Shown: one piece after another, positions 29,601 through 42,071 of the stretch
Position numbering within the stretch: the first letter of the stretch is position 1
Layout of the letters: every line of letters starts with the position of its first letter
Assembly: GCA_963737655.1 (NCBI GenBank)
Contig: CAVTTN010000002.1
Span: forward strand, 2,208,001 to 2,272,000
Length of the DNA stretch: 64,000 nucleotides
From: an uncultured Planctomycetota bacterium
Lineage (GTDB): Bacteria > Planctomycetota > Planctomycetia > Isosphaerales > Isosphaeraceae
Direction: 5' to 3'
Notes under the pieces: generated by a model
Told to the model about the DNA's origin: nothing
Seen by the model: only the letters and a program-made list of their open reading frames with translations
Databases searched by the model: none
Program-made: the position numbers and the translations under genes

Positions 29601-32600
29601 GCCGCGACGGGCCGGCTCTGGTCGAGGACGTCCGCCCAGCGCGTCGGCGGATGCTCCGGGTCGAGCGGCACATACGCTCCTCCGGCCTTCAAAACGGCCA
29701 GGATCGCCACCAGAGCTCCCGGCGTTCTTCCCGCCTCGACGGCCACGAGCTTTTCCGGCTCGACGCCGAGGGTCTTCAGGTGGTTGGCCAGTCGGTTCGC
29801 CCGGGAATTAAGCTCGCCGAACGAGATTCGGAGATCGCCGAAGACCAGCGCCTCGGCATCGGGGGTCGCCAGGGCGTGGGCCTCGACCAGCTCGTGAACC
29901 AGCCGGCGATCGGCCGCCTGTTGAGACCGCCTGCTCCACGTATCGAGGAGTAAGTTACGCTCGGAATCCGGTAGGATTGGCAATGACGAGACGCGGCAAT
30001 TCGGGTTCGTCGCGATTCCCCGCAGGAGGGCCTGATAGCTCCCTAGCAGGCGATCGGCGGTGGCCGGATCGTAAAGGTCGGAGTTGTATTCGAGGGCCAG
30101 GGCAAGGCGGTCGCCGTCGAGCGCGGCCGAAAGAGTCAGGTCAAAGAGAGCACCGTCTCGGGCCAGAGGGATGGCCTCCAGAGCGAGGCCGCCGAGAGTC
30201 ATCCTCGCCCCTTCGCCGAGGGTGGAGAACGGCGTCAGCCCTTCGGAATCGAGCCGGTGGGCTTTTTGATAGATAAACATTGCCTGGAAGATGGCCGATC
30301 GGCTCGGATCGGGCGTCGGGGCCAGGCGGCGGACGACCTCGGGGAACGGGAACTCGGCATGTTCCAGGGCGTCGCGGACGACCTCTTTCATCCGTTCGAG
30401 CCATCGGGCGAAGGTCGGGTCGTCGGCGAGGTCCGCCCGCATCGGCACCAGGTTGACGCAGTATCCGACGAGGCCCTCCAACCCCGGCCGACCTCGCCCC
30501 GCCACGGGCGAGCCCACGATCACGTCGGTCTGGCCGGAAAGCCGCGCCAACAGGGCCGAGAACGCCGAGAGCAGCGTCGAGTAGAGGCTCGCCCCGCTCG
30601 ATTCGGCGAGGGCCACGATCGCTCGTGTGAGCGTGGAATCCAGCGAGATCGTGCGAGTCCCGCCGCGCTCGCCCAGGACGGCCGGACGCGGTCGGTCGGT
30701 CGGCAGTTCGAGGACGGGCAACGGGTCGCCGAGCCGCTCCTTCCAGAACGACCAGAGCCGATCTCCCTCGGCTCCTTCCACCAATCGCCTCTGCCATCGG
30801 GCGAAGTCGGTATACGAGACCGGCAACGGCCCGAGCCTCGCCGGCTCGCCCGAGACGATCTCGCGGTACAGCCGACCCAGCTCGTCCAGCATCACCGCGA
30901 CCGACCAGAAGTCGCCCACGATGTGGTGGAGCGCCAGCAAGAGATACGATTCCTCATCCGATCGCGTGAACAGAGCGACACGAAGCAACGGGTCGGCAGC
31001 GAGGTCGAATGGGCGATTGGATTGTTGGTCGAGATTCTCGCGGATTGCCCGATCCGAGAGCGCGGACACGTCTTCGATCGAGAATCCGAGATCGCGATCC
31101 GGAACGACCCGCTGGACGGGCAAGCCGTTCTCAATGGGGAAGCTCGTCCTCAAGGCGGGGTGGCGGACGACGAGGCGGCGGAGGGCGTCGCGAAGGGCCG
31201 GGACGTCGATCCGCGAGCGAATCCGGGCCGCGCCGGCGATCGTGTGCGCGGCGCCCTCGGGATTCACGTGCTGGAGAAACCACAGGGCCTGCTGGCCCGG
31301 CGCGAGCGGATGATCGCCGGGAACGTCGCCGGTGGCCTCGATGGCCTCGGCCGCGGGCCCGCCCACCTTCGGGAGCAATTCATCGGCGATCTCGGCCAGG
31401 CTCGGGCCCTTCATGAGGCTCGCCAGGGGGATCCCCAGCCCGAGCCTCTCTTCCACGCCCGCGCGGAACTCCATCGCCATCAGCGAATCGAGCCCGAGAG
31501 ACAGGAGAGGCCGGTCGGTGTCGATCCGCTCCGGGGCGAGTTTCAGGACGTCCGCCAGGGTCTCGCGGACCTCGCCGAGGATTCGGTCGCGGAGCTGGGC
31601 CGGCGGGACGGTGGTCAGGTCGAGAGCCGCTTTCGAGGGCCGCCGGTCGATCGGCCTAGCCTCGTCGATCGAGTCGAACAAGGGGCGGAGGCCGGTCGTC
31701 CCATGAAGCGTCTTGAGGGTCGGCCAATCGACGTCCGCGACGATCGCCCCGGCCGATCCCGAGGCGAGTAACGCGTCGAAGGCGGCCAGGGCGCGGGGTC
31801 CGTCGAGCGAGCGGAGTCCGAGCAATCCCAGCGTTCGCGTCTCCTCGGCCGCCATGCCCGATCCGCTCCACGGGCCCCAGCCGATGGAGAGGCCCGGGAG
31901 GCCGAACGAGCGTCGGCGATGAACGACCGCGTCGAGGGCCGCGTTCGCCGCCGAATAGGCCGCGGACCTCGCGGCGCCGATCGTGGCGGTGATCGAGGAG
32001 AACGCGACGAAGAAGTCGATGGGCAAGGATCGCGAAAGCTCATCGAGCAGGATCGCGCCGACCGCCTTGGGCCGGGCGATTTCGAGGAGATCCTCGGCCG
32101 AAAGGGCGACGGTCGGCCCCGGCCGGACGAGGCCCGCCGCATGAACGATCCCCCGAATCGGCGGAAGGGTCCTTGCGAGTTCGGAGAAGAGGCGACCCAT
32201 CGCGTCGCGGTCGGCGCAGTCGGCCGGGGCGATCATGACCGTCACGCCGATGGCTTCCAGCTCGCGGACCCTGGCGACGGCCGGATGATCGGCCATCGCA
32301 TCCCAGAGCGACCGATCGGGCAGCCCGCGACGGCCGACCAGCACCAACCGCTTGGCCCCGCGATCGGCCAGCCTCCGGGCGACCTTCAATCCCAGGGCAC
32401 CGAGACCGCCGGTGATCAGATACGTCCCGTCGGGCCGGAGCGCGGGGACCGCATCGCCGGTCGAGGTCCGCATGAGCCGGGCCACCGACCTCCGGCCGTC
32501 TCGGAAGGCAATCTGGTCTTCCCCGTCGGGATGAGTGATCTCTTCAAGGATCGCGGCGGAATCCAGCGAATCCGGGTCCGCGTCGATCAAACCGCCCCAC

Positions 32601-35600
32601 ACTTGAGGGAATTCCAACGCGATCGATCGACCCAGGCCCCAGAGGGGCACGCCGGCGATCGTCGGCGATTCCGATCCGATCGGCTGTGCGCCGTGAGTCA
32701 CGATCCAGAGCCTTGGGGGAGAGGGGCGATCGGTCGACGCCAGGCGCCGGATCAGGTCGAGCAGGCGGTTGCCCTGGCGATGATAAGACGCCTCGAAATC
32801 CTCAACCTCCCCGGCAGGGTCGGCCAGGAGGATCACGGCCCGGCAGCCTGCGAGGTCCATCTCCGAGGGCCGATCCTCGCCGATGAATGCCTCGCACGAG
32901 GCCCCTCGGGCGCGAAGCCCTCGGGCCAGCGATTCGAGGGCCTCTCCACTCACTCCGGCCGAGATCACCCATCGGCCTTCGAGGAGGGAGGTTCCGTTGC
33001 GGCTGGCCCGTTCTTTGGAGGTCCAGGTGAGTTCATAGACGAGGGAAGAAACGTCCGGCGCGGGGGCGACGGCTTCTGGGACGAGCTTCCGGGTCGGCGG
33101 CGTCTCGATCCAGAACCGCTCATGCTTCCACGGGTAGCGCGGCAGCCGGACGAATCGGTCCGACGGGTTCACCCTCGCCCATTCGGGCCGGAATCCCTTC
33201 CGGTAGAGGGCGCCGAGCGAGTCGAGGAGGGCGGCGCGGCCGTCCTTTCCGCGACGGATCGAGCCGAGGGCCTCGCCTTCTCGTCCGAGCTTCCGCAACG
33301 TCTGCTCGATCGATCCGACCAGGACCGGCCTCGGGCCGATTTCGAGGAAGACGCGGTGATCGGATCCCGCCAGCGCTTCCACCGCGTCCGAGAACCGCAC
33401 CGGTTCGCGGAGGTTTCGGGCCCAGTACGTCGCGTCGAGAGTCCGGCCGTCGATCTCGCGGCCGGTGACGGTCGAGATCATCGGGATGGACGTCTCGCGG
33501 GCGGAGATCGCGCCCAGGGCCTCGGCCAGCACCTTGGCGACCGGGTCCATCCGCGGGCTGTGGAAGGCGAAATCGACGTCGAGCATCCGGGCGAATACCT
33601 GGCGCTCGCCCAGGGCTGCGACCACCTCGCCCACGGCCGACGAATCGCCCGAGAGCGTGAACGACCGAGGGCCATTCCTCGCCGCGACGAACAGGCGATC
33701 CTCGCGACCCCGCAGGACCTCGTCGACCCCGGCCTCGTCCAGATCGACGGCCGCCGTCCGCCCCCGCCCGGCGACCCTGGCCAGCAGAGCCCCGCGAAGA
33801 CGGACGATCCGGCAGGCGTCTTCCAGCCCGATCGCTCCCGAGACGTGCGCCGCCGAGACCTCTCCCAGGCTATGCCCCGTGACCGAATCGGGCACGATCC
33901 CCCACGATTTCCACAGGGAGGCCAGGCCGACCTGGATCGCGAAATGGACCGGCTGGGCGATCGACGAATCGGACAGGTCGGCGTCTTCGTCGGCGATGGC
34001 GTCGAGGACCGACGGGCCGTCGTCGGCCCGGAAGACCGCGTCGCATCGTTCGATCGTGGCGCGGAACACGGGCTCAACCAGGAGGTCGCGGCCGGCCCCG
34101 GCCCACAGGGCGCCCTGGCCCGAGAAGACGATGGCCAATCGAGGCGGGCCCGACGGCCTCGCCTTCTCCACCTTCGGGCCCGTCCCATCCAGGAACGCGG
34201 AGAGTGCCGCGATCGCCTTCGTCCGGTCGTCGACGACGATCGCCAATCGGTGATCGTGATGCCCTCGTCTCGCGCCGGCCGTGGCGGCGATCGCGGCGAG
34301 CGATCCATTCTCGGTCGCCGAAGTCAATAAATCCCGATAGGAACGGGCCAGAGAGAGTAAGGAGTCCGGGTCTCGGGCCGAGATCGGCAGGAGGACGGCC
34401 CGTCCGTCGGCCGGCGTGTCGGTCGCCGTGCGATCGGGTGAGGATTGGACGATCATGTGGGCATTCGTCCCGCCGAATCCGAACGCACTGACCCCGGCGG
34501 TCCGGGGGCGTCCGGGATCGGGCCAGGATTCGGCCTCACGAGCCACTCGGATCGGCAAGCGGTCGAATGGGATGAGGGGGTTCGGGGTCTCCAGGTGGAG
34601 GCTCGGCGGGATCATCCCGCGATTCACGGACAAAGCGGTTTTGATGAGTCCGGCCACTCCGGCGGCGGCTTCGAGGTGGCCGAAATTCGTCTTCACCGAG
34701 CCGATGGGGCAGGGGGAGTTCCGGCCCAGCCCCAGGGCGTTTCCCAGGGCGAGGGCCTCGATCGGGTCGCCCAGGAGGGTGCCGGTCCCGTGGGCCTCGA
34801 CGTAGCCGATCGCGTCGGGTTCGAGGCCGGATCGCCTCAGGGCCTCGCCGATCGCGGCTTCCTGAGCCTTGCCGTTGGGGGCGGTCAGGCCGTTGGATCG
34901 GCCGTCCTGGTTCACGGCCGAGCCGAGGATCGTGGCGACGATCGGGTCGCCGTCCCGGAGGGCGTCGGAGTGCCGTTTCAGGACGACGATCCCCGCCCCT
35001 TCGCCCCGGGAGTAGCCGTCGGCCGAGGCGTCGAATGCCTTGCACCGGCCGTCGGGCGAGAGGAAGCCGGCTCGCGAGAACTGCGCGGTGAGTTCGGCCG
35101 AGAGTATGAGGTTCGCCCCTCCGGCTAGGCACATCGAGCTCTCGCCCCGCCTGAGGCTCTCGCAGGCGAGGTGGACGGCCACCAAGGACGACGAGCAGGC
35201 CGAATCGACGGCCAGGCTCGGCCCTCGGAAGTCGAACGCGAAGGAGATCCGGTTCGACGCGATGCTCGCCGCATTGCCTGTCAGCGCGTGGGCGTCGGCC
35301 GTTCCGGGCGCATCGCGGATCAAGGCGCCGTAATCGTTCGTCGAGAGGCCGACGAAGACACCCACGGCCGAACCGGCGAGCCTCTCGGGAGCCTGTCCGG
35401 CGTCTTCGAGCGCCTCCCAGGCCACTTCGAGGAGGATTCGTTGCTGGGGGTCCATCCGCTCGGCCTCGCGAGGGGCGATGCCGAAGAACGCGGCGTCGAA
35501 CTCGTCCACGCGGTCGAGAAAACCGCCCCGGCGAGGGGTCGCAGGGTCCGAATCGCGGGAATTCCGCTCGCTGGAGGTGTCTCGACCCTCGATCAGGAGA

Positions 35601-37644
35601 TCCCAGAACGCCTCCGGGCCGCTCGCGCCGGGGAACCGGCAGCCGATTCCCAGAATGGCAATGGGCTCGGTGGTTGGGGCCGGGATTTCCCGCAACGGCT
35701 CCGCGTCCTCTCCAGAGAGGAACCGCGAGAGGGCCTCGATGGTGGGATATTCATAGATGAGCGTCGGCGAGAGCGATCGGCCAAGCCGCGTTTCCAGCTC
35801 CCCGGCCAGCTCGACCGCCCGTAGCGACCCAAGGCCGAACCGAGAGAACGGCGCCCGGACGTCGATGTCGGCCGGATCGATCCCCAGGGGCCCCGCGAGC
35901 TTCCCTGCCAGCCAGCCCGCGATCTCGCCGGCCGTCGTCCGCGGGATCTGATGCCCATGGGAACCGTTCTTCGACGCTTCAAGAACCGATCCCTCCGGGC
36001 GGGTCCAGCGGGCCGCTTCGTCCAATGTCCCGGCCACGAACGCGGCTCGGCAGGCGAGCCGGCGGACCTTGCCGCTCGATGTCCTCGGCAAGCTCATCGG
36101 CCGGATCAGGACGACGGCCGAGAGATCGATGTCATGCTCCTCGGCCACGGACTGGCGGAGCGCTCGCAGAACCCCCGGAGCATCCTCGCCGCGCCGGGAC
36201 CGCTCGACCTCGGCGACGATCACGACCTGCTCGCCAGCCTCGTCGAGCGCGAACGCCGCCGCCCCGTCCGGATTCAGGGCGGGACTGCTGTCGGAGGCCG
36301 TTCGTTCGAGGTCTTGGGGATAAACGTTCCGGCCCCGGACGATGATGAGGTCCTTCCGCCGGCCGGTCACGAACAGCTCCCCCTCGCGGAGGAACCCGAG
36401 GTCTCCGGTTCGGAGGTAGGTTTCCTCGCCTCCGCCGACGATCCTCGCCTCGAATCCCTCGGCTTGACCCCAGTAGCCCTTCGCCACGCTCGGGCCCGAG
36501 ACCCAGATTTCGCCTTCGTCGGCCTCCGATCGCGGCCGGAGCGTCTCGGGATCCACGATCTGGAGCGAAAACCCCGGGGCGGCCGGCCCGCTTGAGGCGA
36601 TCGGCCGTCCGGCCCGTTCGATGACCGTTGGCGCTCCGCCGGAGACCATCAACGTGGCCTCGGCCAGTCCGTAGCAGGCCAGGAACGCGTCGCGACGGAA
36701 CCCGCGGGGCGCGAACGCGGCGGCGAATCGATCGAGCGTGTCGGCCCGGATCGGCTCGGCGCCGTTGAAGGCGACTTCCCAGGAGGAAAGGTCGAGCTCG
36801 GCCCTCTGCGCCTCGGGGATCTTTCGGCGCAGAGGTCATAGGCGAAGTTCGGGCCCCCGCTGATGGTGGCGCGATCGCGGGAGATCGCCTGGAGCCATCT
36901 CAACGGCCGTTGAAGGAACGCCGCCGGGGCGATCAGGGTGCTCGTTCCCCCACAATAGATCGTCTGCAACACGCCGCCGATCAGGCCCATGTCGTGATGG
37001 AGAGGCAGCCAGAAGACCCCCCGGCTCTCGCGATGGGAGCGGAACCGCCCCTGGATCGTCTTCGAGTTGTGGACGAGGTTCCCGTGAGAGACCATCACGC
37101 CCCTGGGTTCGCTGGTCGAGCCCGAGGTGAACTGAAGGAAGGCCAGGTCGTCGGGCGAGAGGGCCGGGGCGATCCACGAATCGGCCTTCGCGAGATCGAG
37201 GGCGTCGGTGGCGATTCGGGGGATCTCGGCGATCTCGGGTATCGGCTCGGCGAGGAGGGCGGAGGTCGTGAGCACGACCCGCGGAGCCACGGCCTCGATG
37301 ATCGCCCGGAGCCGGGGGGATGGCCGATTCGGCCTCGGAGGCACCGCCGGGACGACCACGACGCCCGCATACAAGCCGCCGAAGAACGCCGATACGAACT
37401 CCAGACCCGGCGGGAAGACGAGCAACGCACGCTCGCCGGCCATCCCTCGATCGCGAAGGACGGCCGCCAGGGCCCGGGCCCGTCGGTCGAGTCCGCCGAA
37501 GGTCAGGGCCTCGGGCCGGTCGCCGTCGGTCTCGGCCCGGAAGGCCAGGACGGGGCGGTCCGGGTCGCGATCGGCCCATCTTCGCAGGATCGCGACGAAC
37601 TCTCTCGGCCCGTCGCTCGGGTCGTCGGTGGGGTCCGTGCTCAT
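26633..37644 (-). CDS. Hybrid FAAL-PKS-NRPS: FAAL-ACP-KS-AT-KR-ACP-C-A(Orn-like)-PCP-C; frameshifts at ~36827, ~28761, ~26684
   Basis: [83 protein letters not shown]. ACPs: [20 protein letters not shown] code ~DVGEAGSIDK. PCP: GMDSI. Terminal [22 protein letters not shown]. Confidence 0.9.
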
Positions 37645-37645
37645 C

Positions 37646-37861
37646 TCAGGCCGAGTCGCCCCCGCGGTCCCGGAGCGAGAGCGGCCTCATGTCGGTCCAC
37701 GTCTCCTCCACAAACGCCAGGCACTCTTCGCGGGTCCCGCTCCGACCCGCCCCAGTCCAGCCGGGCGGTTCATCCGCCTCGGAGGGCCAGAGCGCGTATT
37801 GCCCCTCGCCGTTGACGACGACTTTCAGGACCCGGGCGCCCTCGACAGTTTCTCGGCTCAT
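37646..37861 (-). CDS. mbtH: MbtH-like protein
   Basis: VVVNGEGQYALWP...PPGW...CLAFVEETWTDMRPLSL signature. Confidence 0.96.
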   Translation of the reverse strand: MSRETVEGARVLKVVVNGEGQYALWPSEADEPPGWTGAGRSGTREECLAFVEETWTDMRPLSLRDRGGDSA

Positions 37862-38247
37862 TGACCGTCACCTTCACAATCGGGGAGGCATCCTCGGGCG
37901 GAGGAGCAGGCTGGCGGAAGATCCCGGCGCGGAGCCAGCGACCGGCAAGCAAGTTCCGGTCCGACTCCTTGAGACCGTTCGGAACCAAGCGACGGCCTCG
38001 CACCGCCGTGCCCTCGCCCGAAAGGTCTGTATCTACTCTATAGTTGGGCAGGCAAGTGCAGGGCAGGCAGGAGAAACCTGGCCACTCCGTCTGGATCTCC
38101 TCGCGGCGAGACGCCGACAAGTCGTCCGTGAGCCGGTCCGGGCCCGATTCCTTCGAGGCGGAATGAGTTCGAGGGGTCGTTGCTCCGCGGGTGCGCCCGC
38201 AAACTCGCATGCAGGTCGCACATCTTCCCTGTCCGTTCTGTCCTGCC

Positions 38248-38319
38248 ACCCTACTGACGACGGGCCCAGCCTGTCAAGTTCTCCCCCAATTGACATTCCC
38301 CGCGATGTCACTCTAGGGG
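38248..38319. promoter_or_regulatory. Back-to-back sigma-70-like promoters with a TGACAT-N8-ATGTCA palindrome
   Basis: Minus strand: TTGACA(38277-38272)-N18-TAGGGT. Plus strand: TTGACA(38290-38295)-N18-TAGGGG. The palindrome spans 38291-38310. Confidence 0.5.
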
Positions 38320-38631
38320 GCTTCCGTTAGCGGTGCCAGATCGCTCGGCGCGCCCGCGATGAGGGCTAGGTCCTAAAATTTTCGGACGTGGCCTTGGCAT
38401 CCACGAAGGAAATCGTTTAGGGTGGCACCATACGGCGTCCACCGATGTATTCTGGAATAGCTCTCCGAAGCAGAAAACCACGCAATTCGGCCTTGTCGAG
38501 CACGTCCGAAAACCGGGAATCGAGGACGAATCGTTCTCCGCGAAGCCAATCGCTTGATCGCAAGCGGTTTCGACGCATTCAAGGTCGTCTAACTAGACGC
38601 GAAGGGTCGCACCGGCCCGGGAGGCACGACC

Positions 38632-40513
38632 ATGGCGGGGCGTTCCTTGTTCGGCCCGGTGTTCGCTTTCGAGAGCCTGACCATCCCCAGGCGCTGGCAG
38701 CTCTTCGCGGGGCGGGCCCTGTTCATCTCCGCCCTGCTCGTGGTGATGTCGCTTCTGTGGTGGCCTTTGGACCGTCTTGACGAGCAGGTTGGCCTTCAAC
38801 AGTTGGCGGAGATCGGGCAGGAATTCTTCCGGTCGCTGCTGTACGTCCAGATGGCGGTGGTCCTCCTGACGGCCCCGGCGGCGACGGTCGGGGCGATCTG
38901 CGTGGACAAGGTCCGGGGGACGCTGTTCCACGTCTTCACGACCGACCTGACCGACCGCGAAATCGTCCTGGGGAAGCTCGGCCCTCGGCTCCTTTCGATC
39001 ATCTCGCTGATCGCGTGTTCGGCCCCGGTGCTGTCGATCGGCGGGCTGCTGGGAGGGATCCCGTATGAGGCGATCGTGGCCCTCTTCCTCGTCTCGCTGG
39101 GGGTCGCGGCCCTGGGATGCTCCCTGGGCCTGCTGTTCTCGGCCTGGGCCCGAAAGCCGAGCCGGGCCCTGATCGCGGCGTACCTCGTCCTCGGCCTGTG
39201 GACGCTCGTGGCGCCGGCTTACATCGATTTCGACCGATCGTCCCCCGGTTCCGTGTCGCCCGAGGTTCTCCGGTTCCTGAGGCTGACAAACCCCTTCCTC
39301 GCCCCTCGGGCCTTGCTCGATCAGCCCGGACGCGTGAGCTTGCTTGCCCCCCTGGCCCTGATGCTAGGCCTATCGGGGCTGTCCGCCGCCATCGTGGGAT
39401 GGGTCGTCTGTTCGCTTCGCAAGGTGGTGATCCGTCAAGCCGATCGCCGGGCCAGGCCGAAGAAGATCGGGGCCCCAGGCAAGCTCGTGATGCTCCTACC
39501 GGCCCCTCCGCTGGACAGCAATCCCATCCTCTGGCGGGAGTGGCACCGGAAGCGCCGAACACTGTGGGTCGGCCGGGCGTGGACCGTCTATGCCGTCTTG
39601 GCCCTGCTGGCCAGCGGCACGGCCATCTTCGCCTACTTCGACAATCCCTCCGGCATTGGCCCGGACACTCTGGCCGGGGCTATCAACGGCTTGAACGTGG
39701 CGATCGGCCTTCTCCTTCTGATGATCTCGGCCACGACCGCCCTGGCCGAGGAGCGCGATCGCGGCAGCCTCGACGTCGTCCTGACCACGCCCTTGCCTTC
39801 GAGGACGATCCTCTGGGGCAAGTGGTGGGGCACATTCGCCATGGTCCCCCGGATGGCAATCCTGCCGATCTGGGTCGGTGCCGCGCTGGCGATGGTCACC
39901 GGCGATCTCGGCGCCTTCCTCCTGATGGTCGGAATGATCCTCGCCTGTTCGGCCTCCGTCGTGAGCCTGGGCCTCCTTCTCGCGACCTGGGTCCCGAGGC
40001 TCTCTCGGGCGATCCTCCTCGGGGTCCTCCTCTATGTCCTGGGGTCGATCGGGCTGATCTTCATCCATGGCCTCTATTCGAGCCAGGCGACCCGCTCGTC
40101 GAATTTCACCTCCCAGGCCGTCTGGCAGATTTCCGGCCCGTCGAGCGTGGTCCGCGTCCAGGCGGGCAGAGGCCGATTCTCGGGCGGCACCGTCGTGTGG
40201 AGCCCGGCCGGGCGGCGGCAGGACGGCCCCCCGGACGTCGACTGGCTCCTGCTCGCCGGCCCGTACCATGGGATTGCCGAGACGACCCGATGGGCGGGGC
40301 GGCGTCCGAGGGCGATGGAACAGCTTCGACTGGCCGGGCCCGGAGCCGAGGACCTACCGGGTCGGCGAGGGCGTGGCGCCGGAAGCCGCCGTCTTCTGGA
40401 TCGTGGCCCACCTCGCTGCCTCGATCCTCTTCCTGTTCGCGACCCTGACGACGTTCGACCGCTGCCTCGGCCGGGTCCGCTCCCGAAGGCCGAGCCGCCC
40501 CCGGACGACATGA
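38632..40513 (+). CDS. ABC-2 type (GldF/NosY-like) permease with two repeated membrane units; frameshift at ~40291-40320
   Basis: DKVRGTLFHVFTTDLTDREIVLGK and EERDRGSLDVVLTTPLPSRTILWGK repeats; NPILWRE; the C-terminal TM ...TFDRCLGR is in a shifted frame. Confidence 0.8.
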
Positions 40514-40571
40514 GACGACCCGGGCGAACGTCCCGAATCCGCCGCTCTCGTCCCGAATTAAGACGGCTCGG

Positions 40572-42071
40572 TCAGTCCCCGGTGGTCCCGGCCGTGGCTA
40601 CTTCCATGATCGCCTCCTCGGTCCACTCCGAGACGGGCCTAGCCGGGCTGAGGACTCCCCGACTCATCACCGCGATCCGGTCGCAGACGCCCAGGAGCTC
40701 CGGCAGGTACGAGCTGACCATCAGGACCGCCTTCCCTCGGCCCGCCAACTCGCCGATCATCCGATAGACCTCCGCCTTCGAGCCCACGTCGATCCCGCGG
40801 GTCGGCTCGTCCAGAAGGAGGACATCGGCCTCCTGATGAAGCAACCGGGCAATCGCCACCTTCTGCTGGTTCCCTCCCGAGAGTTCCCCAACGGCCTGGG
40901 AGACGCCTCTGGCCTGGACTCGCAACGCCGCCATCCATCTTGAGGCCTCCCTGCGCCTTGTTCGAAGGTCCAGCCAGCCCCAAGACGAATACGGGGCGAG
41001 TCGCGAATAGGTGAGGTTGTCCTCGATCGACCTGGCCAGCGCCAGCCCTTCTCCCTTACGGTCCTCGCTGAGCAGCCCCAAACCCTGGCCGATCCGCCCT
41101 CGGGGTGTCCCGCTCCCCGACGTCATCCCTCGGACCATGACTTGTCCCGCCCGAACCGGGTCGAGACCGAAAACCGCCCGCAACATCTCCGTCCGGCCCG
41201 CGCCGACCAGCCCGGCGATCCCGAGCACTTCCCCCCGTCTCAGGGTCAGGTCGGCCCGACGAGGCAAAGGGGAGCCGGCCAGCCCGCCGAGCTCCAGGAT
41301 CGGCTCGCCCGGCGTTCTCGGCGATTTCGGAAACAACTCCGTGAGCTCGCGACCCACCATCGCCGTGATGATGGAAGCCAGAGACGTCCTCGCCATCGGC
41401 CCGCTCGCCACCGATCGGCCATCGCGGAGGACCGTGAACCTCTGCGATAAACGCCCAACCTCTTCCAAGAAGTGGCTGATGTAAACGATCGCCAGGCCCC
41501 GAGAACGAAGACGATCGATGACCTCGAACAGCCGAAGCGCATCCTTTTCGGTCAACGAGCTGGTGGGTTCGTCAAAGACGATCACCCGAGCGTCGGAAAC
41601 CAGCGACCTCGCCACCTCGACGAGTTGCTGCGCCCCCACGCTGAGCTCTCCGGCCTTCATGTCCGGCCGGATGTCGGGATGTTCGAGGAGGTCGAGCGCC
41701 TCGGTCACCCTCCGCCGATGCTCCCTCCGGTCGATGACGCCGAACCGCGATCGCTCGCGGCCGAGCATCACGTTGGCCTCGACCGTCAGATGAGGGGCGA
41801 CGGTCAATTCCTGGTAAATCATGGCCACGCCGAGCCGCCGGGCCTCTCTCGGGCCGCTCGGGGCATACGCGGCGCCCTCCAGGGTCATCGTTCCCGAATC
41901 CGGCCGATGGGCCCCGCTGAGCACCTTCATCAACGTGCTCTTGCCTGCCCCGTTCTCGCCGATCAGCGCATGGACTTCCCCCGCGAAAAGGTCCAGATCG
42001 ACCCCATCCAGGGCCCGGCCCACGCCGAAGCTCTTGCGGACCCCTTTCATCACCAGCCGAGGCCCATTCAT
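40572..42071 (-). CDS. Sugar ABC transporter ATP-binding protein (RbsA/MglA-like, two NBDs)
   Basis: GENGAGKST, DEPTSSL, LSGGNQQKV, DEPTRGIDVG. Confidence 0.95.
   Translation of the reverse strand: MNGPRLVMKGVRKSFGVGRALDGVDLDLFAGEVHALIGENGAGKSTLMKVLSGAHRPDSGTMTLEGAAYAPSGPREARRLGVAMIYQELTVAPHLTVEANVMLGRERSRFGVIDRREHRRRVTEALDLLEHPDIRPDMKAGELSVGAQQLVEVARSLVSDARVIVFDEPTSSLTEKDALRLFEVIDRLRSRGLAIVYISHFLEEVGRLSQRFTVLRDGRSVASGPMARTSLASIITAMVGRELTELFPKSPRTPGEPILELGGLAGSPLPRRADLTLRRGEVLGIAGLVGAGRTEMLRAVFGLDPVRAGQVMVRGMTSGSGTPRGRIGQGLGLLSEDRKGEGLALARSIEDNLTYSRLAPYSSWGWLDLRTRRREASRWMAALRVQARGVSQAVGELSGGNQQKVAIARLLHQEADVLLLDEPTRGIDVGSKAEVYRMIGELAGRGKAVLMVSSYLPELLGVCDRIAVMSRGVLSPARPVSEWTEEAIMEVATAGTTGD

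Noticed and set aside
20426..34330. Long + strand ORFs antisense to the NRPS/PKS genes (up to 1056 aa)
   Set aside because: Shadow frames typical of high-GC3 coding DNA, with no recognisable domains.
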